Shown piece by piece: positions 9,003-18,721 of a stretch of 64,000 nt of DNA. The stretch comes from an uncultured Acidobacteriota bacterium (GTDB taxonomy: Bacteria > Acidobacteriota > Thermoanaerobaculia > UBA5066 > Gp7-AA6). Location of the stretch: positions 3,930,664-3,994,663 of the forward strand of contig CAWFHK010000001.1 in NCBI GenBank assembly GCA_963815655.1, written 5' to 3'. The position numbers and the translations under genes are program-made. The notes beneath the pieces were generated by a model, which saw nothing but the letters and a program-made list of their open reading frames with translations, had not been told where the DNA came from and searched no databases. Numbering within the stretch: position 1 is the stretch's first letter; every line of letters begins with the position of its first letter.

Positions 9003-9400
9003 GTCCTGTCATCCCGAGCCTGGTTCCTGTCATCCCGAGCGAAGCGAGGGATCTGCTCCCGTAATTCTCAGGCTGCGGAGCAGATCCCTCGTCGCGGAGC
9101 CAGTCCCGATCGTCGATGTCGCCTAGTCCACCGTAACGAAAGCAGACTCCTCGCGGAGCCTGTCCCGAGCGGACACGGCTCATCGAAGCGACTGGAGTAG
9201 ATCCCTCGCTGCGCTCGGGATGACAGGAGGGGGCGAGGGGCTCGGGATGACAGGAGGGGGCGAGGGGCTCGGGATGACAGGAGGGGGCGAGGGGCTCGGG
9301 ATGACAGGAAGGGCGAGGGGCTCGGGATGACAGGAGGGGGCGAGGGGCTCGGAATGACATGCGAAGCGGAGGGGCTCCTCGGGATAACAGGCCATCGATT
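9003..9400. repeat. Hairpin-forming dispersed repeat locus 1, including a 27-bp tandem array (9214-9391, ~6.5 copies of CTCGGGATGACAGGAGGGGGCGAGGGG)
   Basis: Imperfect palindromes TGTCATCCCGAGCGAAGCGAGGGATCTGCTCC ... GGAGCAGATCCCTCG. The same motif family recurs at 46.3 kb and 53.2 kb. It generates the spurious ORFs with SCHPEPLAP / VIPSPSPPP repeats. Confidence 0.8.
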
Positions 9401-10131
9401 CAGGCTCCGGCGTTTCCCGAGGCCGTCTTGAAATAGAGGCACTCCGCGCGGACGGGACAGACTTCGCAGCGAGGGTGGTTTGTCTTGCAGAGTTCCTGTC
9501 CATGCCGGCGCAGGAGCCGGTGTGCCTCGATGAGAGCGACGCAGTCCCGCGGGATCTGTCCCGCGGCGGCCTCCTGCGCCGAGCGATAGGACTTCGCGTA
9601 GCTCTTCTCCTGCGCGCCGAACCCCAGACGCAGGAGGGCACGCAGGCCGTTCGAGTCGAGGGCGAGAACGGGGAGGGCGCCCGCGAAGAGGAGGATCTTC
9701 TCGGCCCCGGGGTCGCCGATCGAGGGGAACTTCTTCAAGGCCTTGATCGCGTCTTTGGGAGGAAGGCGCGGAACGCCGGAGAGGTCGCCGCCGAATTCCT
9801 CGAGCGCGATCGCCGCGATCTCCCGGAGCTTCTCGACGGTGCCGCCGGGCAGGATCCCCCGCCCGCCGATTCCGTGGAGCGCCGCCGGCGGCGCCGCGAG
9901 GATCCGCTCGGGCTTCAACCCCGTCAGCTCTCTCAGGAGGCGGAACGCCTCCGTCCTCCGCGCGTCGCTGGCGAGGTAGGCGACGTTCTCGAAGAGGATC
10001 TGTTCCAGAGGGTCCGTCACCCCGGGCGGCGCGGGCTTTCCGTAGAAGGCCTCGAGGTCTCGCAGGATGCCGCCGAGCGACGTCGTGGCGCGCCTCTTCG
10101 CTGCGGTCGGCCTCTTCTTGCGGAGCGCCAC
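9400..10131 (-). CDS. HhH-GPD base-excision DNA glycosylase (endonuclease III-like)
   Basis: Helix-hairpin-helix GPD region (HGIGGRG). C-terminal 4Fe-4S cluster loop (CKTNHPRCEVCPVRAEC). Confidence 0.7.
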   Translation of the reverse strand: MALRKKRPTAAKRRATTSLGGILRDLEAFYGKPAPPGVTDPLEQILFENVAYLASDARRTEAFRLLRELTGLKPERILAAPPAALHGIGGRGILPGGTVEKLREIAAIALEEFGGDLSGVPRLPPKDAIKALKKFPSIGDPGAEKILLFAGALPVLALDSNGLRALLRLGFGAQEKSYAKSYRSAQEAAAGQIPRDCVALIEAHRLLRRHGQELCKTNHPRCEVCPVRAECLYFKTASGNAGA

Positions 10132-10241
10132 GGCGCATCAGACTCTCATGCCGAGGCCGTGGGAGGGTTGGAAAACGTTGTCCGGGGCGCGCCGGCGCGA
10201 AATAATCCTTCCTTCGACGAGAAAAACAAGGAGAGAACGAA

Positions 10242-13200
10242 ATGACAATCAGGCGAGTGTTCCCGGTCATCGGCGCCGTCCTGCTGGCGCTGCAAGGCTC
10301 CTACGGGCTCGCGGCCGCGGCCGCGAAGCCTTCCGCGCCCGCGGCGCCCGCGAAGGAGGAGAGCGAGGGGCCGCTGCAGAATATGAAGTTCCGCAACCTC
10401 GGTCCGGCCGTCGGCGGCGGGCGCGTGACCTCGGTCGCGGGGATCGCCGGCGATCCCAACGTCCTCTACGTCGGCGCGGCCGGCGGAGGCGTGTGGAAGA
10501 GCGTGGACGGCGGGAACAGCTGGAAGGCCATCTTCGAGAAATACCCGTCGTCCATCGGGGCGATCGCGGTCGCGCCTTCGAACCCGAGCCTCCTCTGGGT
10601 CGGCACGGGGGAGTCGAACCCCCGCAACGACATGATGGACGGTTACGGCGTCTACTTCTCGGCGGACGCCGGGAACACCTGGCGCTTCATGGGCCTGGCC
10701 GACGTCGGCCAGATCTCCCGCGTCCTCATCGATCCGTACGACCCGAACACGGTCGTCGTCGCGGCTCTCGGCCACGTCTGGGCTCCCAACGCCGAGCGGG
10801 GCGTCTACCGCACGACCGACGGCGGGCAGAGCTGGAAGAAGGTTCTCTTCGTGGACGACAAGACCGGCGCCTGCGATCTCGTCATGGCGCCCGGCAACCC
10901 GAAGGTCCTCTTCGCCGGGATGTGGCAGGTCCGGCGGTTCCCGTGGGAGCTCGTGGACGGCGGCCCCGGCTCCGGGATCTACCGCTCGACCGACGGCGGC
11001 GCGACCTGGACGAAGCTGACGAAGGACATCCCGGAAGGCCCGCTCGGCCGCATCGCCCTCGCGGTCGCCCCGACCAACTCGAACCGGGTCTACGCCCTGA
11101 TCGAGACGAAGAAAGGGCTCCTCTGGGATTCGAAGGACGGCGGCGACCACTGGGAGAAGCTCTCCGACAGCAAGCTCTTCAACGTGCGCCCGTTCTATTT
11201 TTCGCTCGTGGCCGTGTCGCCGGCCGACGAGAACAAGGTCTATTTCGGCTCCTACAATCTCGTCGAGTCCGACGACGGCGGCAAGACCTTCCGCGTGATC
11301 GACCAGCGCATCCATCCCGACCACCACGCGCTCTGGATCGATCCGAAGGACCCGGACCGGATCCTGCAGGGCAACGACGGCTACGCCCTCCTCTCGACCG
11401 ACGGCGGAAAGTCGTGGCGCGGCTTCGACAACATCCCGATCGAGCAGTTCTACATGGTCTCGACCGACTCGAGCGTCCCCTACCGCGTCTGCGGCGGGCT
11501 CCAGGACAACAACGCCTGGTGCGGGGCCTCCAACTCCCTCTCCCGCGGCGGCATCGGGGCGGCGGACTGGTTCGTCACGGCGGGGGGAGACGGCGAATAC
11601 GTCGTGCCGGCCCCCTCCGATCCGACGATCGTCTATTCCGACTCGCAGAACGGCAACATCAGCCGCCTGGACCTGAAGACGCACCTCTCGAAGAACATCC
11701 GTCCCTACCTCGGCACGGTCTCGGAGATGAGCCCGGCGGAGCTGAAGTACCGGTTCAACTGGACGAGCCCCATCGCCGTGTCGGCCGCGAGCGCCGACGA
11801 GGTGTACATCGGCGGCAATGTGGTCTTCAAGTCCACCGACGGCGGCGCGCACTGGGCCGTCACCAGCCCGGATTTGACGCGCGACGACAAGTCCAAGCAG
11901 GTCGTCTCCGGCGGCCCCATCCACCACGACCTCTCGGGCGCCGAGACCTACGGCACGCTCCTGTCGCTCCAGATCGCGCCGACGGATTCCAACGTGATCT
12001 GGGCGGGCTCCGACGACGGGCAGGTGAGCGTGACGCGCGACGGGGGGAAGAACTGGACGAACGTGACGAAGAAGATCCCGAGCCTGCCGGAGTGGGGGCG
12101 CGTCTACCAGATCGACGTCTCTCCCTTCGACGCCGGGACCGCCACGGTCGTCTCGGACCGCCACATGCTGGACGACCGGCGTCCCTACGCCTACCGGACC
12201 GTCAACTACGGCGAGACGTGGACCTCCATCGCGAAGGGGCTGCCCGGCGACGCCCCGTGCTTCGTCGTGCGGGAAGACCCGAACAGGAAGGGGTTCCTCG
12301 TGGCCGGCACCGGCACCGGGCTCTTCTCCTCCCTGGACGCCGGCGCGACCTGGAAGCCGTTGAAGGCCGATTTTCCGAGCACGCCGGTCTGGGACCTGAA
12401 GTTCGTCAAGGCTTCCCACGACCTCGTCGTCGCGACGCACGGCCGCGGGCTCTTCGTGCTCGACAACATCACGCCGCTCGAGGAGTGGAGCGACGCGATC
12501 GCGGGGAAGGACTTCCATCTCTTCTCCTCGCCGCCGGCGGCGATGCTCCAGGCCTGGAACCGGGGCGGCTTCGCGGCGGGCGGGTTCTGGGCGCCAAACC
12601 CTCCCCACGGGATCACCGTGGATTACTTCGTCAAGACCGAGATCAAGCAGACCGAGGAGCAGAAGAAGGCCCATCGGGACGCGGTCCGGATCGTCGTCAC
12701 TGACGAGAAGGGGGGCGCGGTCGCGACGCAGTGGGGGCCGGCGAAGGAGGGGATCAACCGCCACGTCTGGAACCTGCGGTACGAAGGGCCCAAGAAGGTC
12801 GCCTCCGCCAAGGAGGCGCCCCCCAACGAGTTCTTCGAGCCCAACCGCGGTCCCGACGTGATGCCGGGCTCGTACAGGATCGCCGTGACGGTCAAGGGAG
12901 AGACGCAGACGCAAACGGTGACCGTCCTGCCCGATCCGCGCATACCGGCCGACATGGAAGCCTTCCGCGCGCAGACGCGGGCGGCGCTCGAAGTCCGCAA
13001 CGGCGTGAGCGCCTTGAACGAGATGATCAACCGGATCGACAGCCTGCAGAATCAGATCGCGGCGCTCGAGAAGAACCTCCGCGGCGGCTCCGACGAGGGG
13101 GAAGCGGGCCACGGCTCGCGCCGCTACGAAGGCGTGCTCAAGGCCGCGAAGGATCTCGGCAAGAAGTTGAAGGAGGTGCGGGACGGCGTCTACAACCCGG

Positions 13201-13481
13201 ACATCCAGCGCGACGTCGGCCAGGACTCGATCCATTACCACACGGACTTCCAGGGGCGGCTGCAGCGCCTGAACCAGGCGCTCTCCGGATACAACCGGGC
13301 CCCGGGCGACCTCTTCAAGGAGGAGATGACGGAGAGGCGAAGGAAGCTCGACGACTGCCTCGCGCGGTTCAACGACCTGGCGAAGACGGACGTGGCGGCC
13401 TTCAACAAGACCGCCGCCGAGCAGGGAGTCCCGACGCTCTTCGCCGGCGATCCCATCGAGGTTCAGCCGCCGGGCATCTGA
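10242..13481 (+). CDS. secreted BNR/Asp-box repeat protein, tandem beta-propeller (sortilin/Vps10- or GH74-like), 1079 aa
   Basis: Signal peptide present. About 11 Asp-box motifs (SxDxGxTW: SVDGGNSW, SADAGNTW, TTDGGQSW, STDGGATW, ...). C-terminal coiled-coil-like region. Confidence 0.75.
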   Translation: MTIRRVFPVIGAVLLALQGSYGLAAAAAKPSAPAAPAKEESEGPLQNMKFRNLGPAVGGGRVTSVAGIAGDPNVLYVGAAGGGVWKSVDGGNSWKAIFEKYPSSIGAIAVAPSNPSLLWVGTGESNPRNDMMDGYGVYFSADAGNTWRFMGLADVGQISRVLIDPYDPNTVVVAALGHVWAPNAERGVYRTTDGGQSWKKVLFVDDKTGACDLVMAPGNPKVLFAGMWQVRRFPWELVDGGPGSGIYRSTDGGATWTKLTKDIPEGPLGRIALAVAPTNSNRVYALIETKKGLLWDSKDGGDHWEKLSDSKLFNVRPFYFSLVAVSPADENKVYFGSYNLVESDDGGKTFRVIDQRIHPDHHALWIDPKDPDRILQGNDGYALLSTDGGKSWRGFDNIPIEQFYMVSTDSSVPYRVCGGLQDNNAWCGASNSLSRGGIGAADWFVTAGGDGEYVVPAPSDPTIVYSDSQNGNISRLDLKTHLSKNIRPYLGTVSEMSPAELKYRFNWTSPIAVSAASADEVYIGGNVVFKSTDGGAHWAVTSPDLTRDDKSKQVVSGGPIHHDLSGAETYGTLLSLQIAPTDSNVIWAGSDDGQVSVTRDGGKNWTNVTKKIPSLPEWGRVYQIDVSPFDAGTATVVSDRHMLDDRRPYAYRTVNYGETWTSIAKGLPGDAPCFVVREDPNRKGFLVAGTGTGLFSSLDAGATWKPLKADFPSTPVWDLKFVKASHDLVVATHGRGLFVLDNITPLEEWSDAIAGKDFHLFSSPPAAMLQAWNRGGFAAGGFWAPNPPHGITVDYFVKTEIKQTEEQKKAHRDAVRIVVTDEKGGAVATQWGPAKEGINRHVWNLRYEGPKKVASAKEAPPNEFFEPNRGPDVMPGSYRIAVTVKGETQTQTVTVLPDPRIPADMEAFRAQTRAALEVRNGVSALNEMINRIDSLQNQIAALEKNLRGGSDEGEAGHGSRRYEGVLKAAKDLGKKLKEVRDGVYNPDIQRDVGQDSIHYHTDFQGRLQRLNQALSGYNRAPGDLFKEEMTERRRKLDDCLARFNDLAKTDVAAFNKTAAEQGVPTLFAGDPIEVQPPGI

Positions 13482-13608
13482 AGGGCTCCGCGCTCCGGTG
13501 CGCGGTGCGCGGGGCCGGACGCGGCGGCCCCGGCTTGGATCAGTGGTGCCTCGGCGGGCCTGATCCTTGTGAAGCCTGCCGGGGACTCGCGCCATAATCC
13601 GGGGTCCG

Positions 13609-16600
13609 ATGATCTGCCCCGAGTGCGGGAGTGACACGCCGGCGCCGGGGGGCCATTGCGCGGCCTGCGACGCGCCGGTCCCGCCGGACGTCGCGACCAC
13701 CGTCCGGACGCCGATCCCGAAGGGAGTGCGGGAGCCCGGGGGCACGCGGACCGCCGGCGACTCGGGGACGCGGACGCCCGCGAGGCCGCTCGGCGAGGTG
13801 GGCCGGGTCATCGGGACCTCCGCCGGGATGGACGAGGACGTGACGCTGCGGCAGGAGGCCGGCGCCCGTCCTGCCGCGGGGGGCGGACCGCTCGGCGTGG
13901 GACAGTGGTTCGGCTCCCGTTACCACGTCATCAAGCTCCTCGGCTCGGGCGGGATGGGCGAGGTCTACCAGGCGTGGGACGAGGAGCTGGGCGTCGCGGT
14001 CGCGTTGAAGGTGATCCGGCCGGAGACGATCGCGGACCCGGAGAGGGCCGCCGCGCTCCACCGGCGCTTCAAGCGCGAACTCCTCCTCGCCCGCCAGGTC
14101 ACGCACAAGAACGTCGTCCGCATCCACGACCTCGGCGAGGTCGAGGGGATCAAGTACATCACGATGCCCTACATCGCGGGGGACGACCTCGCGACGGTCC
14201 TGCGGCGCGAGGGGCGGCTTCCCGTGGCGCGCGTGCTCCGGATCGCGCGGCAGGTGGCGGCGGGGCTCGCCGCGGCGCACGAAGCGGGCGTTGTCCACCG
14301 GGACTTGAAGCCGCCCAACGTGATGATCGATCCCGACGACAACGCCGTGATCATGGACTTCGGCATCGCGCGGTCGGTGGACATGGGATCGAGCACCGTC
14401 GCCGGCGTCGTGGTGGGCACTCTCGCGTACATGGCGCCCGAGCAGGCCCGGGGCGAAGAGGTGGACCAGCGGGCCGACATCTATGCCTTCGGCCTCATCC
14501 TGTACGACATGCTGGCCGGACGGCGGCAGATGGCGGGCTCTTCGAGCGCGCTCGCGGAACTGGTGGCGCGGATGCAGCAGGCGCCCCCTCCGATCCGATC
14601 CGTCGACCCCTCGATCCCCGAGCCGGTCGAGCGCATCGTCGCGCGCTGCCTCGAGACGGACCGCGAGAACCGGTATCAGACGATGACCGAGCTGATCGCC
14701 GACCTGGACGCGCTCGACCCGGATGGCCACCGGATCCGCCCGCTTTCGCCCGGAGAAGTCCAGCCGGCGCGCCGGACGGCGGCCGTCGAGAGGGGGAGGG
14801 GGGGGAAGGCCCTCCCGGCGGGGTCGCTGAAGTGGATCGCCGTCGCGATCGCCCTCCTCCTCGCCGCGGGCGCGGCCGTCCTGATCCGCCAACGGCGGGT
14901 GGGCCGTCCGTCCGCGCCGGCGGCCGGAGCGGGCCGGACGATCTCCCTCGCGATCCTGCCCTTCCGCAACGCCACGGGGGACGCCTCCCTCGACTGGCTG
15001 GGGCCGAGCCTCTCCGAGATGCTCGGGACCGACGTGGGGCGGTCGGCGCGACTCCAGACGGTCCCCTCGGAACGGCTCCGCCAGATCCTCCACGACCTGC
15101 GGATCTCGGCGGACTCGACCTTCGATCCGGCCACGCTCCGAAAGCTGGCGGACTTCGGCAACGCCGACACGATCCTGTGGGGGCAGTTCCTGAAGTTCGG
15201 CAACGAGATCCGCATCGACGCCACCCTCCTCGACGTCAAGGGGCAGCGGTCCGTGCCGCTCAAGGCGCAGGCTCCGAGCCAGGGCGCCCTTCTCGCCGCC
15301 GTCGATCAGCTCGCGCAGGCGGTCCGCGAGAACCTCTCCTTCTCCGGGAGCGTGATCGAGGAGCTCAAGGCCTCGGCGTTCAAGCCGTCCACCCGGTCGC
15401 TCGAGGCGCTGCGGTTCTACAACGAGGGGCTGCAGCTCGCGCACCAGGACAAGAACTCCGAGGCGGTCAAGAAGTTCCAGGCGTCGATCCAGGCGGACCC
15501 CGAGTTCGCGCTCGCGTACGCGAAGCTCGCCCAGAGCTACGCGAGCCTGGGGTACGACGCGGAAGCCGAGCAGAACTCGCGCCGGGCGGTGGAGCTGGCC
15601 GAGCGGCTGCCGGCGCAGGAGAAGTACATCATCGCCGCCGGCCACGCGAAGATCGTCAACGACACGGCCAAGGCGATCGAGGCGTACGAGAACCTCGCGA
15701 AGGTGACGCCGGAGGACCCCGAGGTGAACTTCGAGCTGGCGGCCCTCTACGAATCCTCGGGCGCGTTCGATCGGGCGCGGGCCCACTACAAGAAGGTCCT
15801 GGAGCGCGATCCGAAGTCCGTCGCGGCCCTCCTCGCGTCGGGCCGCGTCGAGATCAAGGCGGGCAACCCGCAGGGGTCGCTCGATTTCCTGAACCAGGCC
15901 CTTTCGCTCGCGATCCAGCTCGAGAACGACGAGCAGAAGGCCGACGTGCTCCACGCCATCGGGGTCGCCTACAAGAGGCTGGACAAGCCCAACGACGCGC
16001 TGCGCTCCTACCGGGAGTCGCTCGAGATCAAGCGCCGCCTCGGCAACAAGCGCGGGATCGCCGTGACCCTCGGCGAGATCGCCCAGGTCCAGAAGCGGCT
16101 CGGGAACCCGGAGGCCTCGCTGGCGAGCCTCAAGGAAGCGCTGCAGATCCAGCGCGAGATCGGGGACAAGAAGGGGATCGCCACGACGCTCGTCCCTCTC
16201 GGGAACTTCTACGAGGACCGCGGGAGCTACGACCAGGCGCTGGAGAGCTACAAGGAGTCGCTGCAGATCCAGCGCGAGGTCGGCAACCAGAACGGCGAGG
16301 CGCTCTGCCTGAACAACATCGGCAACGTCTATCTCTTCAAGGCGCAGTACGACGACGCGCAGACGTACTTCGAGCGGGCGCTCCAGATCCGAGAGAAGAT
16401 CAAGAACCCGCGCGACATCGCCGACACGCTGCACAACCTGGCGGAGACCGCGACGAACAGGGGACAGTACGACGAGGCGCTCAAGCACTACCTGCGCGCG
16501 CTCTCGATCCGCCGGGAGACGGGCGACAGGCGCGGCGCCGCCATCGAGTCGCACAACATGGGGACCCTGTTCGAGTACCAGGGACAGTACGGAGCGGCCG

Positions 16601-17316
16601 TCAACGCGAAACAGGAGGCGCTCAAGGCGATGCGGGACCTCAAGGAGCAGGGGTTCTGGCTGGGCGAGATCCTGAGCGGGACCGGGCATGCCCTCGTCCT
16701 GATCGGACGGTCCGACGAGGCCCGGGGGGATCTCGCGGAAGCGGCGAAGGTCGCCGACGGGCTCGGGAACAAGGCCCTGACCGCGCAGATCCTGAACTTC
16801 GAGGGGGACCGGCTCTTCTACCGCGGCGAGGCCGCGGCGGCGCGGCCCGTGTACGAGCAGGCGCTCCAGACCGCTTCGAAGATCGGGGACCGGCGCCTCG
16901 AGCTGCTGTCCCGGGTGAACCTCGCGAAGGCCGCGATCGGGGAGGGGCGGCCCCAGCCCGCGATCGACACGCTGAAGAAGCTGGGCGACGAAGCCGACGC
17001 GCTCGGCCTGAAGTATCTCTCGGTCGACAGCGCCGTCTCCCTCGGGCAGGCGCTCATCGGCGCGAAGCGCGCGCGGGAGGCGCGCCAGGAGCTCGATCGC
17101 GCGCTCGCGAGGAGCGAGAAGTTCGGCCTGCGCGCCCTGACCGCGCGCTGCCATTTCCTGCTCGCCGCCGCGCTGCGGGCCACGGGCAGCGCCGCCGAGG
17201 CCTCCCGGCACCTGGGCGAGGCCCGCCGGGCCGTCGAGGAGATCCGCAAGGAGGCGAAGACCGACGACGTCGTGAAGCGCGCCGACCTCGCCCCGATCCT
17301 CGCGGAGGCCCGCTGA
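13609..17316 (+). CDS. Ser/Thr protein kinase with N-terminal zinc-ribbon, one TM segment and C-terminal TPR repeat array (1235 aa)
   Basis: Zinc ribbon CPECG...CAAC. Hanks-type kinase motifs: GSGGMGEVY, VALK, HRDLKPPN, DFG, APE. TM segment WIAVAIALLLAAGAAVLI. Many TPR-like repeats (LGNKRGIAVTLGEIA..., etc.). Confidence 0.85.
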   Translation: MICPECGSDTPAPGGHCAACDAPVPPDVATTVRTPIPKGVREPGGTRTAGDSGTRTPARPLGEVGRVIGTSAGMDEDVTLRQEAGARPAAGGGPLGVGQWFGSRYHVIKLLGSGGMGEVYQAWDEELGVAVALKVIRPETIADPERAAALHRRFKRELLLARQVTHKNVVRIHDLGEVEGIKYITMPYIAGDDLATVLRREGRLPVARVLRIARQVAAGLAAAHEAGVVHRDLKPPNVMIDPDDNAVIMDFGIARSVDMGSSTVAGVVVGTLAYMAPEQARGEEVDQRADIYAFGLILYDMLAGRRQMAGSSSALAELVARMQQAPPPIRSVDPSIPEPVERIVARCLETDRENRYQTMTELIADLDALDPDGHRIRPLSPGEVQPARRTAAVERGRGGKALPAGSLKWIAVAIALLLAAGAAVLIRQRRVGRPSAPAAGAGRTISLAILPFRNATGDASLDWLGPSLSEMLGTDVGRSARLQTVPSERLRQILHDLRISADSTFDPATLRKLADFGNADTILWGQFLKFGNEIRIDATLLDVKGQRSVPLKAQAPSQGALLAAVDQLAQAVRENLSFSGSVIEELKASAFKPSTRSLEALRFYNEGLQLAHQDKNSEAVKKFQASIQADPEFALAYAKLAQSYASLGYDAEAEQNSRRAVELAERLPAQEKYIIAAGHAKIVNDTAKAIEAYENLAKVTPEDPEVNFELAALYESSGAFDRARAHYKKVLERDPKSVAALLASGRVEIKAGNPQGSLDFLNQALSLAIQLENDEQKADVLHAIGVAYKRLDKPNDALRSYRESLEIKRRLGNKRGIAVTLGEIAQVQKRLGNPEASLASLKEALQIQREIGDKKGIATTLVPLGNFYEDRGSYDQALESYKESLQIQREVGNQNGEALCLNNIGNVYLFKAQYDDAQTYFERALQIREKIKNPRDIADTLHNLAETATNRGQYDEALKHYLRALSIRRETGDRRGAAIESHNMGTLFEYQGQYGAAVNAKQEALKAMRDLKEQGFWLGEILSGTGHALVLIGRSDEARGDLAEAAKVADGLGNKALTAQILNFEGDRLFYRGEAAAARPVYEQALQTASKIGDRRLELLSRVNLAKAAIGEGRPQPAIDTLKKLGDEADALGLKYLSVDSAVSLGQALIGAKRAREARQELDRALARSEKFGLRALTARCHFLLAAALRATGSAAEASRHLGEARRAVEEIRKEAKTDDVVKRADLAPILAEAR

Positions 17317-17317
17317 C

Positions 17318-17475
17318 AGAATCGGGTGATCGGATGATCGGGTGAACGGCGCAGTGGCTTAGGTTTTGCCCCCGTCAATCATCCGATCACCCGATCGCAG
17401 ATCACCCGATCGCAGATCACCCGATCGCAGGTCACCCGATCGCAGATCACCCGATTCCACTTCACCCGATTCCCC
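17318..17475. repeat. ATCACCCGATCGCAG 15-bp tandem array (~6 copies, 17386-17475) preceded by inverted GGGTGATCGG copies (17321-17346)
   Basis: Seen directly. It sits between the convergent kinase gene and the secreted-protein gene and can fold into a long stem. Confidence 0.8.
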
Positions 17476-18597
17476 TCAGGGGACCAGTCCGGTCCAGGTC
17501 CCGAACGACGTGAACGGGCCGTTGCACGAGAAGTCCCGCCCCCTCACGAGGACGTCCTTTGTCTTCTTCGGCCCCGTGCCGGGGGACGTGGCGAGATCGA
17601 GCGTCGCGCCCGGCATGACCAGGGAGAGGGTCGGCGCGCCCGGCTCGTTGACGCGGCTGTTGGCCGCCGCGTCGTTGAACCAGAGCCTGGCCGTGCCGGA
17701 GGTGTGGCTGTTCCCGACGCAGGAAACGCGCGTTGAGACCTCGATGCTCATCGCGTCGCCGGATGTGAACGCGCTCGACGGGAGCGACAGCGGGATCGTC
17801 CGCAGGTTCGCGTTGTTGAACCCGCTGCTGCCGCCGAGAACGCCCAGGAGCGTGCCGGAACTGACGGGAGTCCCGTTCTGCGTGACGATCGCCTTCAGGT
17901 CGAACCGGGTTCCGACGTCGTCGCTGTTCTTCAAACCGAGCCAGACCCGGGCCGCCGTCGAGGTGGGTCCGGTCTGGTCCACCGCTTCGAAGTCGGAGAA
18001 CCCGTCGCCGCTCCCGCTCACGCCGGCGTCGCTGTTGTGGTCCCCGATCGCGAAGACCTGGTCGGTGATGTCCTGCGTGTAGCAGTCGAAGCCCAGCGTG
18101 CAGGTTCCATCCGGCGGGACTCCGTCGAGCGGCGCCCGGTAGAGCCGCACGTTGTGAAGCAGGGCGAGAGTGGGGAAGTCCCAGAAGATGCGCACGGTCA
18201 CGTTGCCCGTGTAGTGGTCCGGCGACGGCGGGCTGGTGACATGGTAATAGCCGCACGTGCCCAGGCTCGTGTCGGAGGTGGCCCCAACGTACCGGATGCA
18301 GTCGACGGGAGCCAGCGGTGGTATGACGCGGGCGTCCAGTTCCGGGTCGGTGATCGGGATGAACTCCACGTTGAGGTCGAAGGGATCGACGACGTTCACG
18401 GTGAACTTGATGAAGTGGTCCCCGAACTGGTACTTGTTCGTCTGGTGGTCGGCATCGAACCGGTTGCAGATTCCGCCGCCGCTTCCGCTCCCTTCCCCGA
18501 TGCACGGGTTCGTCTGGGCCGAGGCCGGGCGGATGGAAGCCAGCGCCACGAGCGCCACGCCGCAGATGACGGTCTTGATCTGTGTCCTTCGTTCCAT
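17476..18597 (-). CDS. secreted hypothetical protein
   Basis: ATG preceded by GGAGGAGAAAT. Signal peptide (VALVALASIRPASAQT). Cys-rich, Gly/Ser/Thr-rich extracellular-like composition. Confidence 0.55.
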   Translation of the reverse strand: MERRTQIKTVICGVALVALASIRPASAQTNPCIGEGSGSGGGICNRFDADHQTNKYQFGDHFIKFTVNVVDPFDLNVEFIPITDPELDARVIPPLAPVDCIRYVGATSDTSLGTCGYYHVTSPPSPDHYTGNVTVRIFWDFPTLALLHNVRLYRAPLDGVPPDGTCTLGFDCYTQDITDQVFAIGDHNSDAGVSGSGDGFSDFEAVDQTGPTSTAARVWLGLKNSDDVGTRFDLKAIVTQNGTPVSSGTLLGVLGGSSGFNNANLRTIPLSLPSSAFTSGDAMSIEVSTRVSCVGNSHTSGTARLWFNDAAANSRVNEPGAPTLSLVMPGATLDLATSPGTGPKKTKDVLVRGRDFSCNGPFTSFGTWTGLVP

Positions 18598-18721
18598 GAT
18601 TTCTCCTCCTTCAGGAAGGCGGGACTTCGCGATTCTTCGATCGCGCGTCTGGATTCTTCATCCGGCCTGATCGGGTGTCAATCCCTTCCAAAGGTCGTAG
18701 TGCCGGATCGGGAAGCCCGGA

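Noticed and set aside
9214-9391. Possible CRISPR array.
   Set aside because: The repeats are directly abutting 27-bp units with no unique spacers and no nearby cas genes.
8968-9641. ORFs encoding SCHPEPLAP or VIPSPSPPP repeats that could be mistaken for a proline-rich repeat protein.
   Set aside because: They are translations of the 27-bp DNA tandem or hairpin repeat in several frames. There are no start signals and identical motifs occur at non-coding loci 2 and 3.
10146-13811. 1221-aa minus ORF opposite the BNR-repeat gene. Also 13540-17211 (-) and 13656-17345 (+) overlapping the kinase gene.
   Set aside because: Low-complexity R/G/P/D composition and no kinase or other motifs. They mirror true genes that carry clear Asp-box and Hanks-kinase signatures.
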